NCBI RefSeq assembly: GCF_002363955.1
Contig: NZ_DEXE01000008.1
Strand: one strand, 5' to 3'
Length of the DNA stretch: 64,000 nt
DNA from: Methylophaga sp. UBA3192
GTDB taxonomy: Bacteria; Pseudomonadota; Gammaproteobacteria; Nitrosococcales; Methylophagaceae
Each line of letters begins with the position of its first letter. Positions within the stretch are counted from its first letter, which is position 1. Positions 55,675 through 64,000 of this stretch are shown here, one piece after another. The notes beneath the pieces are model-generated. The model made no database searches and was not told where the DNA came from. It saw nothing but the letters and a program-made list of their open reading frames with translations. Both the position numbers and the translations under genes were made by a program.

Positions 55675-57126
55675 TTACGGAATGCTTTTTGATGTCAGCA
55701 CAATCATCTTGTCTATCTGCATATCCTCCATGCTATAAGCAATGCCACCTGTGCCATGGCCCGAATGTTTCAAGCCTGAAAATGGCATCCAGTCAACACG
55801 GAATGCCGTGTGTTCATTAATCATCACCGCAGACGCATCCAGCCGCTCTGCGACATACATTGCATTATCAATATTCTGGCTGTAGACCGCAGCCTGGAAG
55901 GCAAAATCCAGACTATTGGCATCGGCGATAGCCTGATCAACTTCCTGATAAGGATAGATACAGACCACAGGCCCGAAAATTTCATTTTTCGATACTTTGA
56001 CATCTGCTGGTGGATCAAACAGTACGGTTGTGGCATAACAGTTATTATCCAGCGCTTCACCTCCCGATAATAATTCTGCGCCTTGGTTAACCGCTTCCTG
56101 TACCCACTCGTGCACCCGGGACACCTCATTTTTACGAATGAGTGGACCAATTTCCGTTTGATCGGATAACGGATCACCAATCTGCATCTTATTGCCTGCG
56201 GCCGCTAATTTTTCGGCTAAATCACGGGCAATAGAGTGATGAGCAAAAATACGTTGTACTGAGACACATACCTGACCAGCATGATAGAAACTGCCTTTGG
56301 CCAGGCCAGGAATAGCCGCATCAAGGTCAGCTTTTTCATCGACAATCACCGGCGCAACGCCCCCATGCTCCAAGGCACAACGTGTTCCAGCCGCCAGTTT
56401 TGAACGTAAATACCAGCCCACTTTGGCACTGCCGATAAAACTCAAGAAGGCAACCCGGTTATCAGTGGCTAATTGTTCTGCCACCTGATGATTCTCTGTT
56501 AATAAAGCCTGACACCATTCTGCAGGCAAACCTGCCTGATGGAATATATCCACCAGACGGAAACAGGATAGTGGTGTGTTTTCAGCTGGCTTGACGATAA
56601 CCGGGCATCCTGCGGCAATTGCGGGCCCCACCTGATGGGCAATCAGGTTTAACGGATGGTTAAAGGCGCTGATGGCAACGACTACACCTATCGGTTCTTT
56701 ATGCAACATGGTTAAACGATGCTGTGAAGCCGCATTTATGCCCATGGGAACAGGATGAGACGTCTGATGGCGCAGTGTATCCATGCAATGTCGAATACTG
56801 TCGATACAGCGCACCATTTCAACTTTGGAGTCGATCAAGGGTTTGCCGCCTTCTTCAGCAGCACCTCTGGCCAGCGCATCTGCCTGCTGCTGCATTAATC
56901 CGAGGGATTTTTCCAGAATAGCCAGACGCTCAGGGACTGAAAGCCATTTGGTTCTGTCAGTGAATAAATTATGTGCTGTTTGCAGAGCCGTTTCGACGGC
57001 ATCGCTGTCTGCGACATCAGCCGTGGCAATAAGCTGATCATTATAGGGGTTGGTCACATCAATCTGTGCCCATTGCCTGGTTTTTACTCCGGGTAAGCTC
57101 AGGGCGAAATGAGGTGCGGTAGACAT
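55675..57126 (-). CDS. NAD(P)-dependent aldehyde dehydrogenase family protein
   Basis: 483 aa. Contains the catalytic ALEHGG (Glu) and FYHAGQVCVS (Cys) motifs. Confidence 0.9.
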   Translation of the reverse strand: MSTAPHFALSLPGVKTRQWAQIDVTNPYNDQLIATADVADSDAVETALQTAHNLFTDRTKWLSVPERLAILEKSLGLMQQQADALARGAAEEGGKPLIDSKVEMVRCIDSIRHCMDTLRHQTSHPVPMGINAASQHRLTMLHKEPIGVVVAISAFNHPLNLIAHQVGPAIAAGCPVIVKPAENTPLSCFRLVDIFHQAGLPAEWCQALLTENHQVAEQLATDNRVAFLSFIGSAKVGWYLRSKLAAGTRCALEHGGVAPVIVDEKADLDAAIPGLAKGSFYHAGQVCVSVQRIFAHHSIARDLAEKLAAAGNKMQIGDPLSDQTEIGPLIRKNEVSRVHEWVQEAVNQGAELLSGGEALDNNCYATTVLFDPPADVKVSKNEIFGPVVCIYPYQEVDQAIADANSLDFAFQAAVYSQNIDNAMYVAERLDASAVMINEHTAFRVDWMPFSGLKHSGHGTGGIAYSMEDMQIDKMIVLTSKSIP

Positions 57127-57135
57127 AAAGCTTCC

Positions 57136-58776
57136 TTATAAAATACAGATTTTTTGTTTCAAACCTTCATTGAGAATTGAGTGATTGAGCGAATAATCGA
57201 TGGCCACATCGATCAGGTGCACGCCGGGAGTGTTAATTGCTTCACGCAGCATCTTATCGAATTCAATATAGCTGGAGGGCCGATGACCAATGGCGCCATA
57301 ACTGTCAGCATATTTAACAAAGTCAGGATTATTAAAATTTAAACCAAAGTCTTTAAACCCCATGCCCTGTTGTTTCCACTTGATCATGCCATAGGCATTA
57401 TCGTTCAGAATTATCACAACCAGATCCAGCTTAAGACGAACCGCAGTTTCCATTTCCTGTGAATTCATCATAAAGCCGCCATCACCACAGACCGCAACGA
57501 CTTTACGTTCCGGATGCAGTAATTTGGCTAGCATTGCTGTGGGTAATCCGGCGCCCATGGTGGCCAATGCGTTATCAAGTAAAAGTGTATTGTTCTCATA
57601 ACATTGATAATTACGGGCAAACCAGATTTTATAAAGCCCGTTATCCAGCGCCAGAATATCTTTCTCGCCAAGCGCCGCACGAATTGTAGTCACAGCGCTT
57701 TGTGGCAATATCGGAAAGCGATCATCATCGCTATACAAACCAAGACGTTGCTGGACTTCTTGTTTGACGCGATAGAAATAAGAAAAATCCCAGTTAGACT
57801 GCGGTGACAAAGCATCTGATATACGGTTGATGGAAGTCGCGATGTCACCCACCACATCCAGTTGTGGAAAATAGACCGGATCGACTTCTGCAGGGAGAAA
57901 ATTAATGTGAATCACCAGTGCACCACCGTCTTTCATGAAAAAAGGCGGTTTTTCCACTTCATCATGACCGACATTGATAATCAAATCAGCCCGATCTATT
58001 GCACAGTGCAGATAATCTGATTCAGATAATGCTGCTGTACCAAGATAACTGTCATGACGTTCGTCAATAACACCTTTACCCAGTTGTGTATTAAAAAACG
58101 GAATACCGGTTTTTTCGACAAAACGAGTCAGGGCTTTGCTTGCCCGTTTGCGATTTGCCCCGGCACCAATCAGTAACAATGGCATATTGGCTTTACGGAT
58201 CATCTCCAATGCATCTTTAATCGCGGTGTTATCGGCATCAGGGCGACGAATATTTTCCAGTGCATAAATACGGTCCTGCACTTCTTCTGCAGCGATATCT
58301 TCTGGTAGTTCTATATGCACCGCACCAGGTCTTTCCTGTACTGCAATACGGCAGGCTTCACGAACCACAGCACCAATTGTGTTGCCATGCACCACCTGTT
58401 TGGTGAACTTGGTAATGGGTCGCATCATATTGACGATATCAACAATCTGAAATAATGCCTGTTTACTGGCCTTAATCGGTTTTTGTCCGGTGATGATCAG
58501 CATAGGCATACCACCTAACTGAGCATAGGCGGCGGGGGTAATCAGATTTGTCGCCCCTGGTCCCAGGGTCGATAAACAAACACCGGGCTTACCCGTCAAC
58601 CTGCCATAGTTGGCAGCCATGAATCCTGCACCCTGTTCATGTCGGGTAATGATCAGTTTTATTGAAGAATGTTGCAGTGAATCAAGGAAATCGAGGTTTT
58701 CTTCACCGGGGATACCGAAAATGTATTCTACCCCTTCGTTTTCTAATGCTTTAACCATCAGATCAGATGTTTTCAT
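57136..58776 (-). CDS. Thiamine-diphosphate enzyme of the acetolactate synthase (AlsS-like) family
   Basis: Start moved to MKTSDLMVKALENEGVEYIFGIPG. Contains RHEQGAGFMA and the TPP motif GDGGFMMNSQE...NDN. Confidence 0.88.
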   Translation of the reverse strand: MKTSDLMVKALENEGVEYIFGIPGEENLDFLDSLQHSSIKLIITRHEQGAGFMAANYGRLTGKPGVCLSTLGPGATNLITPAAYAQLGGMPMLIITGQKPIKASKQALFQIVDIVNMMRPITKFTKQVVHGNTIGAVVREACRIAVQERPGAVHIELPEDIAAEEVQDRIYALENIRRPDADNTAIKDALEMIRKANMPLLLIGAGANRKRASKALTRFVEKTGIPFFNTQLGKGVIDERHDSYLGTAALSESDYLHCAIDRADLIINVGHDEVEKPPFFMKDGGALVIHINFLPAEVDPVYFPQLDVVGDIATSINRISDALSPQSNWDFSYFYRVKQEVQQRLGLYSDDDRFPILPQSAVTTIRAALGEKDILALDNGLYKIWFARNYQCYENNTLLLDNALATMGAGLPTAMLAKLLHPERKVVAVCGDGGFMMNSQEMETAVRLKLDLVVIILNDNAYGMIKWKQQGMGFKDFGLNFNNPDFVKYADSYGAIGHRPSSYIEFDKMLREAINTPGVHLIDVAIDYSLNHSILNEGLKQKICIL

Positions 58777-58821
58777 GGAGGTCCTCTGAGTTGGCGTAAA
58801 AATCATCGCGCCTTTGCAAGA

Positions 58822-58876
58822 GCTTGTTATCTTTCAGCTTGCAACAGAGTTGGAGATGAAAGACAGACAAGCCTAG
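58822..58876. repeat. Mini-version (about 55 bp) of the 12642-13071 element: both terminal repeats around a 20-nt loop
   Basis: Left arm GCTTGTTATCTTTCA matches 15/16 positions against 12643-12658. Right side CAACAGAGTTGGAGATGAAAGACAGACAAGCCTAGTT matches 30/38 against 13040-13077. The arms pair as 6 bp + 7 bp. Confidence 0.5.
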
Positions 58877-58909
58877 TTTGTACCATAAATAATCGGGGCA
58901 TCACAGCCC

Positions 58910-59791
58910 TTATTGAGTGAGGACAGCTATTTCCACCCTTCGGTTGCGTGCTCGACCGGAATCAGTGTCATTTTCTGTAATTGGACGTGTGTCAGCATAA
59001 CCTTCAACACGGAATCGGTCAGCTTGATATTCGGGATAACGCAATAATTCATGTACGACGGAAGTTGCTCTGGAGCCAGATAATTCCCAGTTGGATCGGT
59101 ACTGTTGTGTACTCAATGGACGATTATCAGTATGGCCGGAAACGACTAAAGGATCGTCAATATGGGATAATGCCTCGGCAATAGCCTTTAATACGGGCAT
59201 AAAAGCGGGCTTTATGGTGGCCAGACCGGATGGAAAAGAGGCTTGTTCATCAATCGTAATGACCACTCGGTCTTCACGCGTTTCAACCTGTAGAATACCT
59301 TCATCAAGCTGCTCACGAAGCGCTTGCTTAATCTGCATGAGTTGACGCTGTTGTTTAGCGTGTAAATATAAATTCAGATCGTTGGTGTCGATAATGGGGT
59401 TATTGGGATCAGCCGTTTGCCTGACTTCCTCAATGACAGTGACATCAGAAGGATTGGGTGAAAAAGTCTGCTTGATTATCGACGTACCCATGGGGACAGG
59501 TTCAGGAATCTCTGGAGGCTCAACACCAAAAGCGTTATGCATTGATTGCGTTATCATTTTTAGACGAATAACATCAAGCTCTGACATCGATAATAACAAC
59601 ACAAAGAAACACAACAGCAAAGTCATCAAGTCTGCAAAGATCGCAATATAAGCTGGAAGCGCTTTACGTTTTAACATTCGAATTGAAGAACCCGGATTCA
59701 AATTTTGGTTTATCAATGCTCCGTCTCCCAGTTCATTAACAATTTCTGAATGAATAGGCGGAAATGAGCCAGTGTTTATACGGGGTTTCAT
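58910..59791 (-). CDS. MotB-like / OmpA-family protein without adjacent MotA (start uncertain: 59791 or 59677)
   Basis: N-terminal MotB-type anchor AYIAIFADLMTLLLCFFVLLLSMS. C-terminal OmpA-like SGHTDNRPL...NWELSGSRA...NRRVEI. Confidence 0.8.
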   Translation of the reverse strand: MKPRINTGSFPPIHSEIVNELGDGALINQNLNPGSSIRMLKRKALPAYIAIFADLMTLLLCFFVLLLSMSELDVIRLKMITQSMHNAFGVEPPEIPEPVPMGTSIIKQTFSPNPSDVTVIEEVRQTADPNNPIIDTNDLNLYLHAKQQRQLMQIKQALREQLDEGILQVETREDRVVITIDEQASFPSGLATIKPAFMPVLKAIAEALSHIDDPLVVSGHTDNRPLSTQQYRSNWELSGSRATSVVHELLRYPEYQADRFRVEGYADTRPITENDTDSGRARNRRVEIAVLTQ

Positions 59792-59989
59792 TGTTACCGT
59801 AACTCTCTGATAAATCAAGATTTGAGGAACTAAAGCTGTTTAATGCTAGCCTGAAGAAGATGCTGATGGATGTGACAGGTAACACAGTGTTAAACAATTT
59901 GTTCTTATAGCCTGTAAATACTGTAATAATTTCGATCCGACCAACCAACTTCAATCTGTTGCTGTGCACTGGTCATCCATGGATTTTAA

Positions 59990-62953
59990 ATGCGACATTT
60001 AATAGCGACTAAACTGGTTTTTAATAGCATGATCGCCATCATCGCTCTGCTCATCTTTTCAGCAGCGATTTATATTGACTATGTTATTCAGGATAGATAC
60101 AGCAATGCTTTACAGGCAAAGACCCAGCAGAAGCTAAGTCAATATCACAATAATCTGGTGACAAACTTACAAAACCACATTCAAATTATCCGGGGGCTGC
60201 CGGGTTTATTTGCCGTTAATCCGGAGTTGACTCAGGAACAGTTCGAAGTCGCCATGAGCCATCTGATTGGCGAACATACTCAGTTACGCAATATCGCTGC
60301 CGCTCCGGATATGGTGATTCGCTACATGTATCCAGTGGCAGGAAATGAACAGGCTATAGGACTGGATTACCGTCAGGAACCTACCCAAGCTGCGGCAGCC
60401 GAACGCGCCAGGGTGAGCCGGAATTTAGTGCTTGCGGGTCCGCTTGAACTTAAACAAGGCGGCACAGGATTGATCACCCGGATACCCGTGTATCTGCTTG
60501 ATGATCAACAGCAAGAATATTTTTGGGGCATTATTTCGGCCGTTATTGACGTTGATGCTTTTTTTGAAGCGTCTGGATTAAATGCGGCAGATTTACCGAT
60601 TGAGATGGCCATTCGGGGTAAAGATGGGTTGGGTGAGCAAGGTGAGGTGTTTTTCGGTGAAGAAGCTTTATTTGATAATGCAAGGTTAACGATGCCACTT
60701 GCCTTGCCAGAGGGGCACTGGGTCTTGGTCGGACAGCCAAAGGGAGGTTGGAAAGGTGGCCTGGGTGACGTGAAGCAATCCCGAATCCTGCTATTTTGTA
60801 TTGCCATAGCTATTTTCGCGTTATTGACAGCCTTTGTGCGATTTATGTTTTCAGCATCAATGGCAAATCTAAAATTCAGACAGGTAATTGAATCTTCACC
60901 CATCCCCTACATTTTGGTGGGAAAAGAGCGGAAAGTCAGTTTTATCAACCCGGCGTTTACTGAGCTTTATGGCTATACGCTGGATGATTTACCCACGCTG
61001 GCTTTGTGGTGGGAGAAAACGAATGTCAGTAAGGACTATTTAAAAACGGTAAATGAATGGTGGTCTGCCAATCCAGAGCATAAGTTGTTACCCGATTCCT
61101 CATTGGAAGTGAGCATTTACTGCCTGGATGGCAGTGAGCGTGTTGCATTGCTTTCAGTTTCACCATTACATGATGCGGTAAATAATGAATTACTGCTTGT
61201 TTTCTACGATATAACCACACGTAAACAGGCTGAGCAGAAAATTCATTTTTCAGAGCAGATTTTCAGGCAGGCACATGAAGGAATTGTGGTCACCGATACA
61301 AAAAGTCGGATTTTAGAAGTGAATCCGGCCTTTACCGAAATAACCGGTTATACCATGCAAGAGGCGTTGCAAGGCACCCCGGCAATGTTGAAATCAGGTA
61401 AACATAACGATGATTTTTTTCAGCAAATGTGGCACAGCCTGGAAAATCAGGGGTACTGGCAGGGAGAAGTCTGGAATCGCCATAAAGAAGGACATTTGTA
61501 TGCGCTGCTTCTGACCATTACAGCGATGACCAATCCTCAGGGGGATAAACAATTTTATGTAGGTTTGTTTTCGGATATTACCCAATCTAAAACCCAGCAG
61601 GAAAAGCTGGAATTAATGGCACATTATGATGTGCTCACGCATTTACCCAATCGGGTATTGTTTGCTGACAGGTACAGTCAGGCTGTGGCCCATAGTCAGC
61701 GCTTAGGCACATGGGTTGGGGTTTGTTTTCTGGATTTGGATGATTTCAAGCCGGTGAATGATACTCACGGCCATAACATTGGTGATTTATTACTGATTGA
61801 CGTGGCAGACCGATTGCGGGCAAGTGTCAGGGAAGAAGACACCATTTCCCGCTTTGGTGGGGACGAGTTTGCTATTTTGTTCAGAGATATCAGTTCCTAC
61901 GAGCAATGTGAGCAATTACTGACCAGATTACATCAGACGTTGGCTGAGCCGTATTGGATAGATAATCAACGCATCGTTATCAGTGCCTCCAGCGGCATTG
62001 CTTTATATCCTATGGATAATGTTGATTTAGACACACTGTTGCGTCATGCAGATCAGGCAATGTATCAGGCTAAAATCACCGGACGCAATACATTCAGACT
62101 GTTTAACCCTGAATTAAATCAACAGGTTATGCAGAAGCATCATGTTGTTCATCGTTTACGTGAAGCCCTGTTAAATAATGAGTTTGTATTACATTATCAA
62201 CCGGAAATAAATATGAAAACCGGCGAAATCATCGCGGTTGAAGCATTGATTCGCTGGCAGCATCCTGAAAGTGGTTTGCTTTACCCTAACGAGTTTCTGT
62301 CTGTCGTGGAAGGCAGTGATCTGGAATTTGATTTGGGTCTGTGGGTCGTTGAGTCGGCGCTGAGTCAGTTGCAGCAATGGCAGCAGGCGGGATTAAATCT
62401 TGTGGTGAGTGTCAATATTGCAGCCAACCATCTGCATGCGATAAATTTTATTCAATCCTTACAGCAGATCTTAAGTCGTTATCCGGATATCAAGCCCTCG
62501 TCTTTGCAACTGGAAATTCTGGAAAGCAGTACATTGGGAGATGTGCATACGCTGAGCCGTATTATCGATGAATGCCGGCATCAGGTGGGGGTACAGATAG
62601 CATTGGATGATTTTGGTACCGGTTATTCTTCGTTGACCCATCTGCGGCATCTGGCAGCAAACTCGGTCAAAATTGACCAGAGTTTTGTTCGTGATATGTT
62701 AGAGGATCCCAGTGATTACAATATTGTCGATGGTGTGATCAGTCTGGCTAAAGCCTTTAATCGCCAGGTTATCGCGGAAGGGGTGGAAACCATTGAACAT
62801 GGACTGATGTTGCTGTCTATGGGCTGTGAGTTGGCACAAGGCTATCAGATAGCCCGCCCCATGCCGGCCGAAGATATTTTAGTATGGTGCCAGGAGTTTC
62901 AATTGGAGCCAGTCTGGCAAAAACAGGTATCAAAAACTGACCCTTTTCCCTGA
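59990..62953 (+). CDS. CHASE-PAS-PAS-GGDEF-EAL signalling protein
   Basis: 987 aa. Periplasmic CHASE-like domain between two TM segments, two PAS domains, GGDEF (RFGGDEFAI) and EAL (EALIRW, EILES, DDFGTGYSS). Confidence 0.9.
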   Translation: MRHLIATKLVFNSMIAIIALLIFSAAIYIDYVIQDRYSNALQAKTQQKLSQYHNNLVTNLQNHIQIIRGLPGLFAVNPELTQEQFEVAMSHLIGEHTQLRNIAAAPDMVIRYMYPVAGNEQAIGLDYRQEPTQAAAAERARVSRNLVLAGPLELKQGGTGLITRIPVYLLDDQQQEYFWGIISAVIDVDAFFEASGLNAADLPIEMAIRGKDGLGEQGEVFFGEEALFDNARLTMPLALPEGHWVLVGQPKGGWKGGLGDVKQSRILLFCIAIAIFALLTAFVRFMFSASMANLKFRQVIESSPIPYILVGKERKVSFINPAFTELYGYTLDDLPTLALWWEKTNVSKDYLKTVNEWWSANPEHKLLPDSSLEVSIYCLDGSERVALLSVSPLHDAVNNELLLVFYDITTRKQAEQKIHFSEQIFRQAHEGIVVTDTKSRILEVNPAFTEITGYTMQEALQGTPAMLKSGKHNDDFFQQMWHSLENQGYWQGEVWNRHKEGHLYALLLTITAMTNPQGDKQFYVGLFSDITQSKTQQEKLELMAHYDVLTHLPNRVLFADRYSQAVAHSQRLGTWVGVCFLDLDDFKPVNDTHGHNIGDLLLIDVADRLRASVREEDTISRFGGDEFAILFRDISSYEQCEQLLTRLHQTLAEPYWIDNQRIVISASSGIALYPMDNVDLDTLLRHADQAMYQAKITGRNTFRLFNPELNQQVMQKHHVVHRLREALLNNEFVLHYQPEINMKTGEIIAVEALIRWQHPESGLLYPNEFLSVVEGSDLEFDLGLWVVESALSQLQQWQQAGLNLVVSVNIAANHLHAINFIQSLQQILSRYPDIKPSSLQLEILESSTLGDVHTLSRIIDECRHQVGVQIALDDFGTGYSSLTHLRHLAANSVKIDQSFVRDMLEDPSDYNIVDGVISLAKAFNRQVIAEGVETIEHGLMLLSMGCELAQGYQIARPMPAEDILVWCQEFQLEPVWQKQVSKTDPFP

Positions 62954-63015
62954 TGAGATGCTGATCAGCCACCCAAAAATAACCTCATAACATTACTTTG
63001 AATCTGGAGCTTTCC

Positions 63016-63504
63016 ATGTTTCGTTATCCTGTCAGCGGCCTTTTCGCTATTTTGATTCTGGTGACATTTGTTTATGGCTGTGCTTCACGATCCCAGAGCA
63101 ATTATTTTCGTGATGAAGTGGGGGAAGTCATGGCCGTTGAAGATGTCTGGATTGTCTCATCCCGTATGGTCAAAATTGAAGGGCTCGGAGAAAACCGACC
63201 CGGCTGGGGAGCGGCGGTCGGAGCAACTGTGGCCGGTTCAACTGCATACGGTATTACCCAGGCGGATAACCCTGCCGGCGTGGCGATTACCATCATTGCA
63301 CTGGTCGGTGGTGCATTGGCGGGTCAGTTTATTGATGAGAAGATAAAATCCCAGCTGGGCGTGGAGTATATTCTGGATAAACCCAGTGGTGCCAAGTTTG
63401 CCGTGGTCCAGGCGGTAAAAAGTACTGATGAAATGTTACCTGCGAATACCCCCGCTTTATTGATGCGTGGTAAAAACGGCTACTATCGAATTATTCCCCA
63501 ATAG
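63016..63504 (+). CDS. Lipoprotein with glycine-zipper segment (SlyB-like)
   Basis: Start moved to MFRYPVSG. Lipobox VYGC. Contains GWGAAVGATVAGSTAYG...LVGGALAG. Confidence 0.65.
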   Translation: MFRYPVSGLFAILILVTFVYGCASRSQSNYFRDEVGEVMAVEDVWIVSSRMVKIEGLGENRPGWGAAVGATVAGSTAYGITQADNPAGVAITIIALVGGALAGQFIDEKIKSQLGVEYILDKPSGAKFAVVQAVKSTDEMLPANTPALLMRGKNGYYRIIPQ

Positions 63505-63681
63505 CCATCTCAAAATTTAAATTAATTATTCCACTTGTCAGTTATTTCAAAAACTTTTAATCAGGCTCATCCGCCTTCATAAATATGAATTATTGAGATT
63601 AACCTGGGTCAATTTCTCTGGAATGTTGCTGTGATAGTCTTTGTTCGAACTTAATCTTCGGCTGGGAGTGCGCCCCAATTT

Positions 63682-64000
63682 ATGGATGATAAGAAAATTA
63701 TTCGCGTTGGTGAAAACTGCTGGCGTTCCCGTAATGCCAATAGAGCAGCGCTACTGGTTGATGGCGAAAATTATTTTGGTGCCCTGCATACAGCAATTAT
63801 GCAGGCTCAATATGCCGTTTATATTCTTGCCTGGGATATTGATAGTCGACTGAGGCTGGTTCGCGGTGAAAAACAAACCGATGCTCCCGCCGAGTTAGGC
63901 GATTTGATTAATGCCGTTTTAGAGCAAAAGCCAGAATTAAATTTCTATATCCTGAACTGGGATTGGGCGATGCTGTATACCTTGGAAAGAGAATGGCTGC
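63682..64000 (+). CDS. Phospholipase D-family protein, N-terminal 106 codons (runs off right edge)
   Basis: Translated by eye: MDDKKIIRVGENCWRSRNANRAALLVDGENYFGALHTAIMQAQYAVYILAWDIDSRLRL... with no stop up to 64000. The pattern is typical of PLD/cardiolipin-synthase-like N-termini. Track ORF 63641..63853 is in a different frame. Confidence 0.75.
   Translation, partial: MDDKKIIRVGENCWRSRNANRAALLVDGENYFGALHTAIMQAQYAVYILAWDIDSRLRLVRGEKQTDAPAELGDLINAVLEQKPELNFYILNWDWAMLYTLEREWL

Noticed and set aside
63641-63853. 70-aa plus-strand track ORF
   Set aside because: It overlaps, in a different frame, the clearly PLD-like open frame that starts at 63682.
1-64000. CRISPR arrays, rRNA genes, intact IS elements or prophage structural genes
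   Set aside because: By eye I found no regularly spaced direct repeats, rRNA-like sequence, transposase ORFs or phage morphogenesis genes. This manual scan cannot exclude short or degenerate elements.

Overview
This 64-kb window looks like mostly core chromosome from an AT-leaning gammaproteobacterium. An orphan pqqA and an fba-fbp-tpiA block hint at a methylotroph; that is inference only. About 60 genes are called.

**Main content**
- The left edge (1-3122) is the integrase-proximal end of a tRNA-targeting genomic island. It holds an AlpA-like HTH, a GIY-YIG/DUF4357 protein, a small membrane protein, a P4-type integrase, arm-type repeats and a dismembered tRNA(CAU).
- Gluconeogenic genes follow the island.
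- A FecR-OmpA-TolC module sits behind a perfect CRP box.
- There are two molybdoenzyme loci, one with XdhC and MocA maturation genes.
- A czcCBA efflux operon lies next to a ZraPSR-like sigma-54 system.
- Thiol and peroxide defence genes are numerous: tpx, gor, a Prx5-type peroxiredoxin, catalase and dps.
- There are three c-di-GMP or hybrid-kinase signalling proteins.
- A two-component system is associated with three PepSY paralogs.

**Genes missing from the ORF track, recovered by eye:** pqqA, a Pmp3/YqaE protein, an entericidin-type lipoprotein, a YtjA-like protein, a truncated PLD-family gene and the AlpA-like fragment.

**Most unusual signal:** a 430-bp non-coding element at 12642-13071, dense with hairpins and closed by a 19-bp perfect terminal inverted repeat. 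Its terminal sequences recur at two other intergenic loci, as a roughly 55-bp mini-version at 58822-58876 and as a lone end at 46219-46245. I could not assign it to any RNA or IS family I know.

No CRISPR array, rRNA or intact tRNA was seen.
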